A program made the translations under genes and the position numbers. From an uncultured delta proteobacterium (GTDB lineage: Bacteria > Desulfobacterota > Binatia > Binatales > Binataceae), in contig CAWENP010000004.1 of assembly GCA_963810495.1 (NCBI GenBank), positions 12,860-76,859 of the forward strand: DNA of 64,000 bases. The letters are read 5' to 3'. Position 1 is the stretch's first letter; every line of letters begins with the position of its first letter. The notes beneath the pieces are model-generated. The model saw only the letters and a program-made list of their open reading frames with translations. It did no database searches and was not told the origin of the DNA. Positions 38,990-47,748 of the stretch are shown here, piece by piece.

Positions 38990-39685
38990 TTAGCGGCGAG
39001 CCGCCGAATTGCTCCGAAGAATTAAATGACGCTCGCCACGCGCGAGGAATCGCTCTTCGGTCATATCGGCAAGTATCTTGGATACCATCGGCCGCGAGCT
39101 TCCAATCATCTCTGCAAGGTCTTCCTGGCTCAGCTCGGGAACGATCAAAACCCCGCGCTTTTCCTCGACGCCAAAACGGGTGACGAGGTCCCGGAGCACG
39201 AACTCCAGTCTTTTTCGAAACGAAAGCCCCAAGAACCGTGCGAGGCGCTCAAACGTCGCCGACCATGTTGCATTAAGACTCTCCAGCAGTCTGATCGCGA
39301 TTTCAGGATCGAGTCTTCGAAGCATTTCGACCAAGTGCTCGCGGCTGAACAGTCCCACGATGCATTTGGTCAAGGCCTGGGCCTCGAGAGCATGATGACG
39401 CCGACCATCGCTAGCCACGTTTTCGATGATTCCCAGGGGTTCGCCCGGACGTGCGATGAACAAAAAGCTTCTGCTGCCATTGGCGAGAGGCAGATATAGC
39501 TTGACCAGCCCTTTGAAGACTAAAAAAATCAAATCCGCCGGCGCGCCGGAGACAAAAATAGTCGCTCGCCTCTCGTACGTCACAAAGGTGCAGCGATTTT
39601 CAACTTCGGCTGCCAGCTCTTTGGGCAGAGCCCAGGATTCCAGTTGCTGTTCAAGACGGAGACGAAATTCCGAAGGATTACTCAT
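38990..39685 (-). CDS. Crp/Fnr-family transcriptional regulator (paralogue 1)
   Basis: cNMP-binding beta-roll and a C-terminal HTH (EDLAEMIGSSRPMVSKILADMTEERFL). Lies upstream of an AT-rich region and the tad-like cluster on the same strand. Confidence 0.88.
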   Translation of the reverse strand: MSNPSEFRLRLEQQLESWALPKELAAEVENRCTFVTYERRATIFVSGAPADLIFLVFKGLVKLYLPLANGSRSFLFIARPGEPLGIIENVASDGRRHHALEAQALTKCIVGLFSREHLVEMLRRLDPEIAIRLLESLNATWSATFERLARFLGLSFRKRLEFVLRDLVTRFGVEEKRGVLIVPELSQEDLAEMIGSSRPMVSKILADMTEERFLARGERHLILRSNSAARR

Positions 39686-40039
39686 GGCGCGTCCGTCTTA
39701 GAATGGGACCTACCTGGTTTAGACTTGGACCGCCGCGTCGCGTGAAAGGGAGCCTCCGAAGGAAACCATTCCAGCGCTGCGCGACGATTACCCGGAGTTT
39801 TGAACACCCTAAGCCTGTCGCTCAGCCGCCCGACTAACACCTTCCGGAACCTGTCACGCAGGCCAACGGGCCTGGTGGTGTTTGTCTGACACGGGGAGCC
39901 ACAGCAGGCTAAAAGCTAACACAGAATGATATTGCTTAACAAGGGCCAGATTGTCATAATTAAGCTATCCCGCAGGATATAGGGCCGCAGTACGCGGCAT
40001 CGGCGTGTACGCCGCCGGCCGCCACCGCGGACAGCGCAA

Positions 40040-40250
40040 GGCGACGCCGCTATGGACGCACAGAGGTCGGACGCCACTCTTCAGAAGGGCAGATAGACGC
40101 GACCGGCGTGTGGTGCGGGGAATCCTCGGCCGAGTGCGTCACGCTCATCCCGACGCGACGCGCTCGAGAGTGCACTACCCTATGCCTGCAGGGCGGCGGG
40201 CTGATCGAACGCGGCATCTGGCGAGCCTGCCGCAATTACCAGGTGCTGAT
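40040..40250 (+). pseudogene. Degraded, internally deleted copy of the lipoprotein gene at 34287-34832
   Basis: Nucleotide-level similarity to 34420-34500 and 34770-34830, including TGCCTGCAGGGCGGCGGGCTGATCGAACGCGGCATCTGGCG, with the middle roughly 240 bp missing. Confidence 0.6.
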
Positions 40251-40258
40251 TACGGAAA

Positions 40259-41434
40259 TCAGACAGACAGACCGTAGACGCGGCGGACATTGTCGCCCAA
40301 GACGTCGCGCCGGCGCTGCGGGTCGGCTATCTTCGCGCCGAATTTCTCCAGCTCCTCGATATAGTTGCCGGTATGGTCGGGATGCGGGAAGTCGGTCGCC
40401 CAGAAAAAGCGATCGCTGCCGCACAGATCGACCATCGCGGGCAGTGATTTTTCGTCCGGATCGGCGGACACCCAGACGTTGCGCCTGAAATAGAAGCTTG
40501 GCTTTTCCTTGAGCGGAACGCCGCGTCCCATGACGCTGTCGTAGACCGCGTCCATCCGGTCGAGCCAGTATTGAATCCATCCGGCTCCGACTTCAAGAAT
40601 CACGATCTTGAGCTTCGGGAACTTGTCAAAGGTGCCATATTGCATGAAACTCGCGAGCGCATGGCGGATCGCGTCGGACGCGGTGACGTTGAGGAACCAA
40701 TGCTGCTTGCGCACATACTCCTTGTCGTAACGGCCCGGCCAGCACCATTGCGGCTCGAGTGAGACATGGATGCCGAGCGGAACGTCGAGTTCCTGCGCTT
40801 TGGCGAAAAGCACGTTGTTGTCGGTATGCGCGTGGGGCTTGCGATTCATCGTGAACTGCACGACCCATCCGCCCTTGTGGCCAGCCTTGACGGCGCGTTC
40901 GAGCTCGTCGGCGGCGGCCTTCGGATCACCCAATGACAAGTGCGCCACCGGAATCAGACGTCCGCCACTATCCGTACACCAATCGGCAATCCAGCGGTTG
41001 TATGCCCGACACATCGCCTGCGCATAGTCCACGTCGTCGCACTCGGTTTCCCAGGTCAGCTCGAGGCTTGGGTAAATGATGGCGGCGTCGAGGCCCTCGA
41101 GATCGAGTCGCTCGATACGCTCCTTAGCGTCGGCGGCGCCGAGCGGAAGCCGCTCGCCATATTTTATCCGCGGATCGAACTCACCTTTTTCACGGGTCAC
41201 CTGGCCCATCTGTGCAACCGCGCCGAAGTTGCCGCCCCGGCTGACGCGCGAGGGCACACCGTTGATTTCGAGATACTCAAGTCCGTCCTTGTCTTGCTTC
41301 ATGCGGACCGCATTAGCCCGGTACTTGGCCTCGCAGTACTCCTCCCAGCATTTGACCGATTCCAAGATGTGACCGTCGGCGTCGACGGCGCCAGGGTATT
41401 TAAGCTTGTGAATTTTCTCTTCGACTCGTGCCAT
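40259..41434 (-). CDS. Amidohydrolase-2 family metal-dependent hydrolase/decarboxylase (ACMSD/LigW-like)
   Basis: DADGHILE near the N-terminus and a TDFPHPD signature near the C-terminus. Confidence 0.75.
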   Translation of the reverse strand: MARVEEKIHKLKYPGAVDADGHILESVKCWEEYCEAKYRANAVRMKQDKDGLEYLEINGVPSRVSRGGNFGAVAQMGQVTREKGEFDPRIKYGERLPLGAADAKERIERLDLEGLDAAIIYPSLELTWETECDDVDYAQAMCRAYNRWIADWCTDSGGRLIPVAHLSLGDPKAAADELERAVKAGHKGGWVVQFTMNRKPHAHTDNNVLFAKAQELDVPLGIHVSLEPQWCWPGRYDKEYVRKQHWFLNVTASDAIRHALASFMQYGTFDKFPKLKIVILEVGAGWIQYWLDRMDAVYDSVMGRGVPLKEKPSFYFRRNVWVSADPDEKSLPAMVDLCGSDRFFWATDFPHPDHTGNYIEELEKFGAKIADPQRRRDVLGDNVRRVYGLSV

Positions 41435-41567
41435 TTTAGCCTGCCTCGCTTCGATTTGAACTTTCGTAAGCTGGCCATCCCGAGTATTACAGGCCGGGCA
41501 AGCGCGTCAAGGTTTGATGATGTCCCGGTTCATTTCGATGTTTCGATTGAGCCAAGACGACGCAAGA

Positions 41568-42542
41568 TCAAACCGTGCCCAGCCTTAGGATTTGCCGTGC
41601 GTTCTTCTCGTAGATCATCTCGCGTTCGGACGCGGTCAGCCCGAGCCCGTCGATGAACTCGATGGTCCATTCCATGAATCGAGTGCTACGGACGAAGTAG
41701 TCGCTGCCAAAGACAATGTGCTCGAGGCCAACCAGCTCGCGCGCGCAATTGAACGCGCCGCGGTTCCATCCCAGCGCTGTGTCGACGTATAGCTTGCGCA
41801 TCCACTCGCTCGGTCGCCGCGCAGGTTGCTTGTATCCGGGGAAGAACCCCGGCACGTCGAAAACGAGGTCGGTCCGCCGCGCCAGAAACGGCAGCGTGCC
41901 GCCCAGGTGCGCCAGGACCAGGATGATATCAGGGAAGCGCTCGTAGAGCCCGCCGCAGATCAGCCGGTAGGCGGAGAGCGTGGTATCGAAGGGAAACGAG
42001 AGCAGCGGCCCCGGTTGATCGTCGCGATAGCAGGGCGAGTTGGAGGGATGCATGAACACCGGCACGCCCCGCCGGTTGGCTTCCTCCCAAAATGGGTAGT
42101 ATTCGGCGGAGTCGAGATAGCGCCCGCCGATATTCGACGTGACCAGTACGCCCACGAAACCGAGTTCATCCAGCGCACGCCTCATCTCCTCGAGCGCGAG
42201 CTTCATGTTGTTGAAGGGCAGATGGGCGAACCCTCTGAAGCGCTGCGGGTCGCGGCGGCAGGCGGCCGCGATCGCGTCGTTCACCAGCCGGCACAACTCG
42301 GGTGCATGCTCGTCTACGCGGCTGTAAACCGGTGGACAGGACAAGATCTCGATATCGATGCCGGCGCGGTCGATGTCGGCAAGCCGTCCGGCGTGGTCCC
42401 ACGCCGGCAGAGTCGTACCGGCCCATGTGGCGAGCAATCTCCTCTGCTCGTCCTGTCCCAGCTCAATTGCGTCGGGGTAGAAGTGTTTCGCCGCGCGAAA
42501 AAATCCGCCCGGGAAGGCATGACAATGGAAATCAATTTTCAT
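41568..42542 (-). CDS. Amidohydrolase-2 family metal-dependent hydrolase/decarboxylase
   Basis: MKIDFHCHAFPGGFF N-terminal metal-binding motif, SNIGGRYLD, and a C-terminal FGSDYF. Confidence 0.75.
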   Translation of the reverse strand: MKIDFHCHAFPGGFFRAAKHFYPDAIELGQDEQRRLLATWAGTTLPAWDHAGRLADIDRAGIDIEILSCPPVYSRVDEHAPELCRLVNDAIAAACRRDPQRFRGFAHLPFNNMKLALEEMRRALDELGFVGVLVTSNIGGRYLDSAEYYPFWEEANRRGVPVFMHPSNSPCYRDDQPGPLLSFPFDTTLSAYRLICGGLYERFPDIILVLAHLGGTLPFLARRTDLVFDVPGFFPGYKQPARRPSEWMRKLYVDTALGWNRGAFNCARELVGLEHIVFGSDYFVRSTRFMEWTIEFIDGLGLTASEREMIYEKNARQILRLGTV

Positions 42543-42730
42543 GGCTGAACGCGCCCTTGGCGCGGAAATCCAAATTCCTCGAGCTCGATGTTTACCACCG
42601 GCTCAAATAATCGTGAAGGACGGCTACGTCAACATCCTGCGGTCCGATTCCAGCCGTCGCGTAGGCGCGCGCGCCGGCGTCCCCCCGGGCCGCCGAGATA
42701 GTCAAAATATGGCGGCGAAGAATCGAAAAG

Positions 42731-42832
42731 CGGTTGATAGCCCCCGGCGAGGCGATGCTCAGCGCCAGAGTCGATCGGCCGCTTCACAAGACGGTAGCCC
42801 GTCCGCACTGCTGGTTCCGACGAAATCAAGCA
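42731..42832 (+). repeat. Direct repeat of about 100 bp, copy 1 (about 85% identical to 44963-45062)
   Basis: GCGGTTGA...CGAGGCGATGCTCAGCGCCAGAGTCGAT...CAAGACGGTAGCCCGTCCGCACTGCTGGTTCCGACGAAAT versus the second copy, read directly. Confidence 0.6.
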
Positions 42833-42874
42833 AAACCAACACTTCTCGAGTGTTGATCAAAAATCCGCCCTTCA

Positions 42875-43010
42875 TAGTGCATTAAAGGTAGAGAGAGTTA
42901 AAAAAGACTTAATTTTTCTTGGTTGATACATCGCGCACAGATAGGCTAAGTGTGTATCTGGTGTTCATTTTCTATCGTTACTGATCCTAGTGGTCGTTCA
43001 CGGTCGTTCG
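42875..43010 (+). repeat. Left copy of an inverted repeat pair of about 140 bp (AT-rich, promoter-like) bracketing a 4.6-kb segment
   Basis: ATAGTGCATTAAAGGTAGAGAGAGTTAAAAAAGACTTAATTTTTCTTGGTTGATACATCGCGCACAGATAGGCTAAGTGTGTATCTGGTGTTCATTTTCTATCGTTACTGATCCTAGTG. It aligns at about 85% with the reverse complement of 47540-47673. Confidence 0.7.
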
Positions 43011-43036
43011 ACATAGAAAAGGGAAAGGCAGACGCG

Positions 43037-43285
43037 ATGGCGCGCGTGGCGGCTCGACTTGAGCAGTTCCTGACCATCAAGGATGTGGCGGATCTACTGA
43101 GCGTTCATCCGATGACCGTCTACAGACTGCTCAAGCAGGGACGTTTGCCGGGTGTTCGCCTCGGCGGTGTCTGGCGGTTTAGCCGTCAAGCGATGGAAAG
43201 ATGGGAAAGCGACCAGGAAAGACGTACTTTGGGAACCTTTTCCAACTACCGTAATTATCCCCGTAGCGATCGATCCGCGAAATAA
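43037..43285 (+). CDS. HTH_17 (excisionase/MerR-like, BldC-like) DNA-binding protein
   Basis: LTIKDVADLLSVHPMTVYRLLKQGRLPGVRLGGVWRFSRQAMERWE. ATG at 43037 after a GGGAAAGG Shine-Dalgarno. Confidence 0.65.
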   Translation: MARVAARLEQFLTIKDVADLLSVHPMTVYRLLKQGRLPGVRLGGVWRFSRQAMERWESDQERRTLGTFSNYRNYPRSDRSAK

Positions 43286-43605
43286 ACGGGGCCAATATGT
43301 TGGAGAAAAACGGACCCATGCTCAGGTTGTTCTATACCGTGGCCGATGCAGAAGCGCTTAAGGAATCGCTTGCAGACTGCATCTGTTCTCTATGCAAACG
43401 GAAGTACCGTAATCATCGCGACGCCGATCATCTTTTCTTCGACCTACATCGAAGATCTGATCCCGAAGACGCAAACTAAGCCGTAGCTCAAACGGCGGAG
43501 AACCATACCAGCCGCCAGGAGTGGGCCTATCTCCGAGGCGCGCCGGTCGTGCTTTCAGAACTACCCCACGATCGGGGAGAAAAGGTTCAGACGGAGGCAT
43601 CGAGA

Positions 43606-44055
43606 ATGACGCAGCCCAAATGGAAAGTGGCGCTCTTCAAACGGAAATCGGAAATCCAGCCCAAGGAGCTCATTCAATTTATATGGAATTTGCCTGCCAC
43701 AGAGTTCATTGAGCCGCCAGCGCTCAGTTCCGCTCCGGCCGAGGGTAACAATGCGTCGCCAGGCCAAGCCGCCCGGGCTCCCAGCGAGGAGCGCAACTAT
43801 CTGGCCAAGGGGTCCAGGGTGAGCGCCAAGCTCAGCTTCCAGGGGCCGGCCCGGATCGACGGCGAGTTCGAAGGTGAAATCATCGCCACGGACAATGTGA
43901 TTCTCGGCGACAATGCGGTGGTTACCGCCGAAATCAAGGCGGCGTCGATCATCGTGGCCGGCAGGTTTTCTGGTGACATGACCGTCAGCGACCGCATTGA
44001 GATTCGTCCTTCTGCCAGGGTCTCGGGCAAGCTAACACTAAGGACAGCAGGATGA
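43606..44055 (+). CDS. Bactofilin-domain protein (free cytoplasmic paralogue)
   Basis: The beta-helical repeat pattern ARIDGEFEGEIIATDNVILGDNAVVTAEIKAASIIVAGRFSGDMTVSDRIEIRPSARVSGKL fits the bactofilin (DUF583) consensus. GGAGG Shine-Dalgarno 8 nt before the ATG at 43606. Confidence 0.7.
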   Translation: MTQPKWKVALFKRKSEIQPKELIQFIWNLPATEFIEPPALSSAPAEGNNASPGQAARAPSEERNYLAKGSRVSAKLSFQGPARIDGEFEGEIIATDNVILGDNAVVTAEIKAASIIVAGRFSGDMTVSDRIEIRPSARVSGKLTLRTAG

Positions 44056-44942
44056 CCGAGTCGACGCGCAGGCAGGCTCCGGTTCCGATACAGCAGCGGC
44101 AAGAGCCCTGTGCACAGTTGACCGAGATGCTCGCGGCGTACGGGCTTTCTTCGGACATGGCCGCGGAAATCGAAGCTCACCTGATCCCCGTCACATTTGA
44201 AAAGGGAGCGGTCGTGTTCCTGCGTGGAACTTCGGCTGACCTCCTCTTTTGCGTTCTCAAAGGGTTCGTCAAGCTCTATTTGCCTCTCGGCGACAACAAC
44301 AGGACGCTCGTCGATCTTGCGCGCCCAGGTGATCTCATAGGATTCGTCGATGAGATGGATTCCAGAGGTCGTCGGCAGGTGCTCGAGGCGCAAGCTTTAA
44401 CGAGATGCTCGATAGGGCTGCTGAGTCGTGAGCTTTTGGCACAACTGCTACGCAAAATCGATCATGAAACAGTGGTTCGGTTACTCGAGCACTTCAACAC
44501 CGCCTGGTCGACGCTCTTCGCGCGGTACGTCGCCTTCATAGGTTCTTCGTTCCGTGAGCGGCTCGAACAGGTGTTTTACAGCCTAGGCGAGCGATTCGGC
44601 TCCCGCGATAAGCGGGGTACTCTACTGGTACCAGAGCTAAGCCACGAAGACCTGGCAGAAATGATCGGGAGCTCTCGACCTATGGTCAGCAAGCTGATCG
44701 TCGATATGAGCAACGAGGGTTTGCTTGAACGCGGCGAGAAGCGCCGTTTCATTCTTCGGCCGAAGGCGCACAGGTCTACGTCTATTCTTCCTGACGGCCT
44801 TCAAACCCGCATCGCGCCCAATGCTAGTTCTAAACAGGTCGCTGGGGTTTTCGCACCTTTGTCCTCCGCGATTCGCGCGCGCACATACGTGCCAGGGCGG
44901 TCTACCGGGCCGCGAAACAATTCCTACCGATCGCCCGTCTAG
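44052..44942 (+). CDS. Crp/Fnr-family transcriptional regulator (paralogue 2) with a C-terminal extension of about 60 aa
   Basis: About 55% identical to Crp-1 (EDLAEMIGSSRPMVSKLIVDMSNEGLL). Start overlaps the bactofilin stop (ATGA). Confidence 0.85.
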   Translation: MTESTRRQAPVPIQQRQEPCAQLTEMLAAYGLSSDMAAEIEAHLIPVTFEKGAVVFLRGTSADLLFCVLKGFVKLYLPLGDNNRTLVDLARPGDLIGFVDEMDSRGRRQVLEAQALTRCSIGLLSRELLAQLLRKIDHETVVRLLEHFNTAWSTLFARYVAFIGSSFRERLEQVFYSLGERFGSRDKRGTLLVPELSHEDLAEMIGSSRPMVSKLIVDMSNEGLLERGEKRRFILRPKAHRSTSILPDGLQTRIAPNASSKQVAGVFAPLSSAIRARTYVPGRSTGPRNNSYRSPV

Positions 44943-44962
44943 CCGAGCCAGGCTCTCCGGCG

Positions 44963-45062
44963 AGCGGTTGAGGATCCCTCGCGAGGCGATGCTCAGCGCT
45001 AGAGTCGATACGGGCGCTACTCAAGACGGTAGCCCGTGCGCACTGTTGGTTCGACGATTTAA
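44963..45062 (+). repeat. Direct repeat of about 100 bp, copy 2 (immediately 3' of Crp-2)
   Basis: See copy 1. Confidence 0.6.
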
Positions 45063-45186
45063 TTGCCGGCCGAGTAGCCCTCGATGGCGGCGATTGCCGG
45101 TCCACCGCGCAAGGGGTGACCGAGGGGAATGGCGAGATCACCGATGCGCCAGACGTATCGCCCGAAGGTAGCGCGCGGGTCGCACA

Positions 45187-47457
45187 CTAGCGCATGATCT
45201 GCATCAGCCCGCCTGGCATCGAGTACTGCGTGACGTTGTCAAATTCGCGGGAAACTTCAGCGTTGAACATGATCAGGCGGCCACTCGGGTCTGTGCTGTT
45301 TCCCAACGTTGCGTGCTGATTTTGCAGGTCCCAGGTAGAAGCGGCAAATCGTCCGTAAATCGTTTCACCATCGGTTCCCGGAACTTGTCGCGGAAAGTAG
45401 GCGCTCAATGTGACTTTCCAAAGGTTGCGGTTAGAGTCATATAGGTCCTCCCACAAGCTTCGGGCGGTCTCCTCGTCGATATATTCAATTCGCTTGGCGT
45501 AACAATAGCCGGCAGCCTCAGATGGAATACGGTGAATATTGATCACCCAGACGTTTCTGAGGCTCCACCTTCCCCAGGAAGGCCGCGCGAACCCCAGCGG
45601 CATATCATACTGACGCGGAAAATCAGACACCGCCTCGCTGAGGTTGACGAGGGCCAGCACTTTCATGTTTCGTAGGTAATCGGCATCAAAATTCGCCAGG
45701 CCCCCGTTGAACCCCGGTTTCTGATCGTCGTGCGTCCAATCGGTACCAAGCAAAGGTGCGCAGCGGGCGCTTACCGAAACAGCTACGGAACGCCTGAGCG
45801 CTGGAAGAAATATAAAATTTAACTCATTCTGCTGAGCGTTCTGCGGAAGGATGTCGAGATCGGTCGTATACTTGGCCTGCTCAGGTTCTTCGGTCATTAG
45901 CCACTGTGTGTAAAAGGCGCCGTCGGCACGCGGGTCCGTCCTCGGCACTCCCAGGTCGGTATTGAAAGCGAGCTGTCTGTAGACAAAGGCCCATTTGGCC
46001 GTGGTCGCGTTGCCAAACCGGTCCAACATTGTCACGTTCCAAAGCCCTCCACCGGGCATGCCCACTGCCAGGTGCGGGCTATATGTGTACCACAAGTCGG
46101 CGAGAATTTCGTATCCCTTGTCCGGTCCTTGAGGAACGGGAAACGGCTCGCCCGCGACATAGTTCGCGATGTCGTTGCGTCCATTGGGCAGATGAACTAC
46201 TCGAACGTCCCCGCTGTACTTCTCACTTGCCTCCCTGAAACTCCGCGGTGCCACGATATGGATCGGCGGGCCGACGTCCATCTCGATATCATTTGGCATC
46301 CTGAGGCCGTACTTGCCCGAGAACAGGGCGATCATACCGTCGGGCATGAAAGCCCTGTATTGCTCCCAGTTTGAAATAGTAATTCTTGTACCCGCCCGGA
46401 CGGTGCCCTCCGTCCCTTGTGAGTTACTGTCGATATCCGACTGCTTGACGAGAGGAGAAGGCAGCTCTGCGTTAGCTATTCGCGGCACCTTGGGTTCGAC
46501 TGGAAGCGGGGACGCGTGGGTCCAATGGCCAGCAGCCGAGGCAATCGCCTCTACGTGTGTTAAGGGAAAGACTGATCGCCCGCTCCCCGGTGCGACGCTC
46601 CCGTCCTTTCGCGCACTCCGGACGGTATAGTCAGGTGCGACTGGAGCGGGAACACGATGTGGGATCTCGATCATGAGGTTCGAAGGCGAAACCGGTGCGT
46701 TGGGTGCAGCAACAGATGATGCACTAGTCGTCGCGCTAGTAGGGCCGTACGTGGCTCCATTTAAGGCGGCGAATGCGCCGGCCGTCGGCACCTTAACAGC
46801 AAAGGTCGAGAGGGCCTCACTTGGTGCGCGCGACGCAGGCGCTGTGGATTCGGGTGCGATGGGCCGTACGGTGGCTCGGCTAGTTTCGCGGTGCGCAAAA
46901 TGAGCTCCACTCAGAGGCGACAGCTCCCGAGTGGCATGGGCAGGTTCCGCTTTCGTACCAAGCGTGGCTACTCTGACCGATTCGTCTGCAATATTGCCGC
47001 GCCAGTCGTGCAGATAAGCGATTAAAAGGGTTCCGCCTAACGCCGCAAGAGCCGCGCCGGGTACGGCGACCCGCCACATACGTGCTCGTTTGGGAGAGAC
47101 GGTGAATTCAGGGTCCTGCGTTCCTTGTCTTACCTCTTGAGGGTCCTGCGCTGCTTGTCCTACCACTTGGGGCGCGATCAAATTGCCAAACACCTTGGCA
47201 GATGGGTAAATCTCGATGCGTTCGCTGCCAGTTATGTCGCCCCTGACTGTTCCCGACACAATGATTGAGACTGCCTTTATGTCACCAGTTATCATGGCGC
47301 TCTCGCCGATGACGACGCTGTCATTGGCGGCAATCGTGCCATCGAAGTGACCATCGATTCGGACCTTGCCGCTCGCTGTGGAGCCCTCCGGCAAGTGCCA
47401 TTCCGGCGTTGAAATCTGCTCAAGCCGCATACTCGGTCGCTTTTTGAACAGCGCCAT
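45187..47457 (-). CDS. Fusion protein: N-terminal bactofilin domain, single TM helix, Ala/Pro/Ser-rich linker, C-terminal DUF1329 domain
   Basis: Residues about 25-110 (VRIDGHFDGTIAANDSVVIGESAMITGDIKAVSIIVSGTVRGDITGSERIEIYPSAKVFGNL) are paralogous to the protein at 43606-44055. The TM helix is VAVPGAALAALGGTLLIAYL. The C-terminal 440 aa are about 50% identical to the protein at 31407-32726 (ISNWEQYRAFMPDGMIALFSGKY...NYVAGEPFPVPQG...MPGGLMQIMR). Confidence 0.8.
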   Translation of the reverse strand: MALFKKRPSMRLEQISTPEWHLPEGSTASGKVRIDGHFDGTIAANDSVVIGESAMITGDIKAVSIIVSGTVRGDITGSERIEIYPSAKVFGNLIAPQVVGQAAQDPQEVRQGTQDPEFTVSPKRARMWRVAVPGAALAALGGTLLIAYLHDWRGNIADESVRVATLGTKAEPAHATRELSPLSGAHFAHRETSRATVRPIAPESTAPASRAPSEALSTFAVKVPTAGAFAALNGATYGPTSATTSASSVAAPNAPVSPSNLMIEIPHRVPAPVAPDYTVRSARKDGSVAPGSGRSVFPLTHVEAIASAAGHWTHASPLPVEPKVPRIANAELPSPLVKQSDIDSNSQGTEGTVRAGTRITISNWEQYRAFMPDGMIALFSGKYGLRMPNDIEMDVGPPIHIVAPRSFREASEKYSGDVRVVHLPNGRNDIANYVAGEPFPVPQGPDKGYEILADLWYTYSPHLAVGMPGGGLWNVTMLDRFGNATTAKWAFVYRQLAFNTDLGVPRTDPRADGAFYTQWLMTEEPEQAKYTTDLDILPQNAQQNELNFIFLPALRRSVAVSVSARCAPLLGTDWTHDDQKPGFNGGLANFDADYLRNMKVLALVNLSEAVSDFPRQYDMPLGFARPSWGRWSLRNVWVINIHRIPSEAAGYCYAKRIEYIDEETARSLWEDLYDSNRNLWKVTLSAYFPRQVPGTDGETIYGRFAASTWDLQNQHATLGNSTDPSGRLIMFNAEVSREFDNVTQYSMPGGLMQIMR

Positions 47458-47539
47458 CTCGATGCCTCCCGTCAGAAACCTAGCCAGGTTCGCGAATAAA
47501 ACATCAAACGGCGATGCGGCCCAAAAAAGATTCTCGGAA

Positions 47540-47673
47540 CTGACCGCGCACGATCACTAGGATCAATAACGATAGAGAATGAACAGCAGACATACATCTA
47601 GCCTCTCTGTGCGCGATGTATCAATTCAAAGGGACCAGATCGTTTTTAACTATCTTTATCTTTGATGCACTAT
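47540..47673 (-). repeat. Right copy of the inverted repeat pair
   Basis: Reverse complement is ATAGTGCATCAAAGATAAAGATAGTTAAAAACGATCTGGTCCCTTTGAATTGATACATCGCGCACAGAGAGGCTAGATGTATGTCTGCTGTTCATTCTCTATCGTTATTGATCCTAGTG. Confidence 0.7.
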
Positions 47674-47748
47674 ATTGTGCGAATGTTCATACGGAACCCG
47701 CCGAAATCCTGATACGCTCGGCCTCGGAGGAGCGCCGAAAGAATCTAG

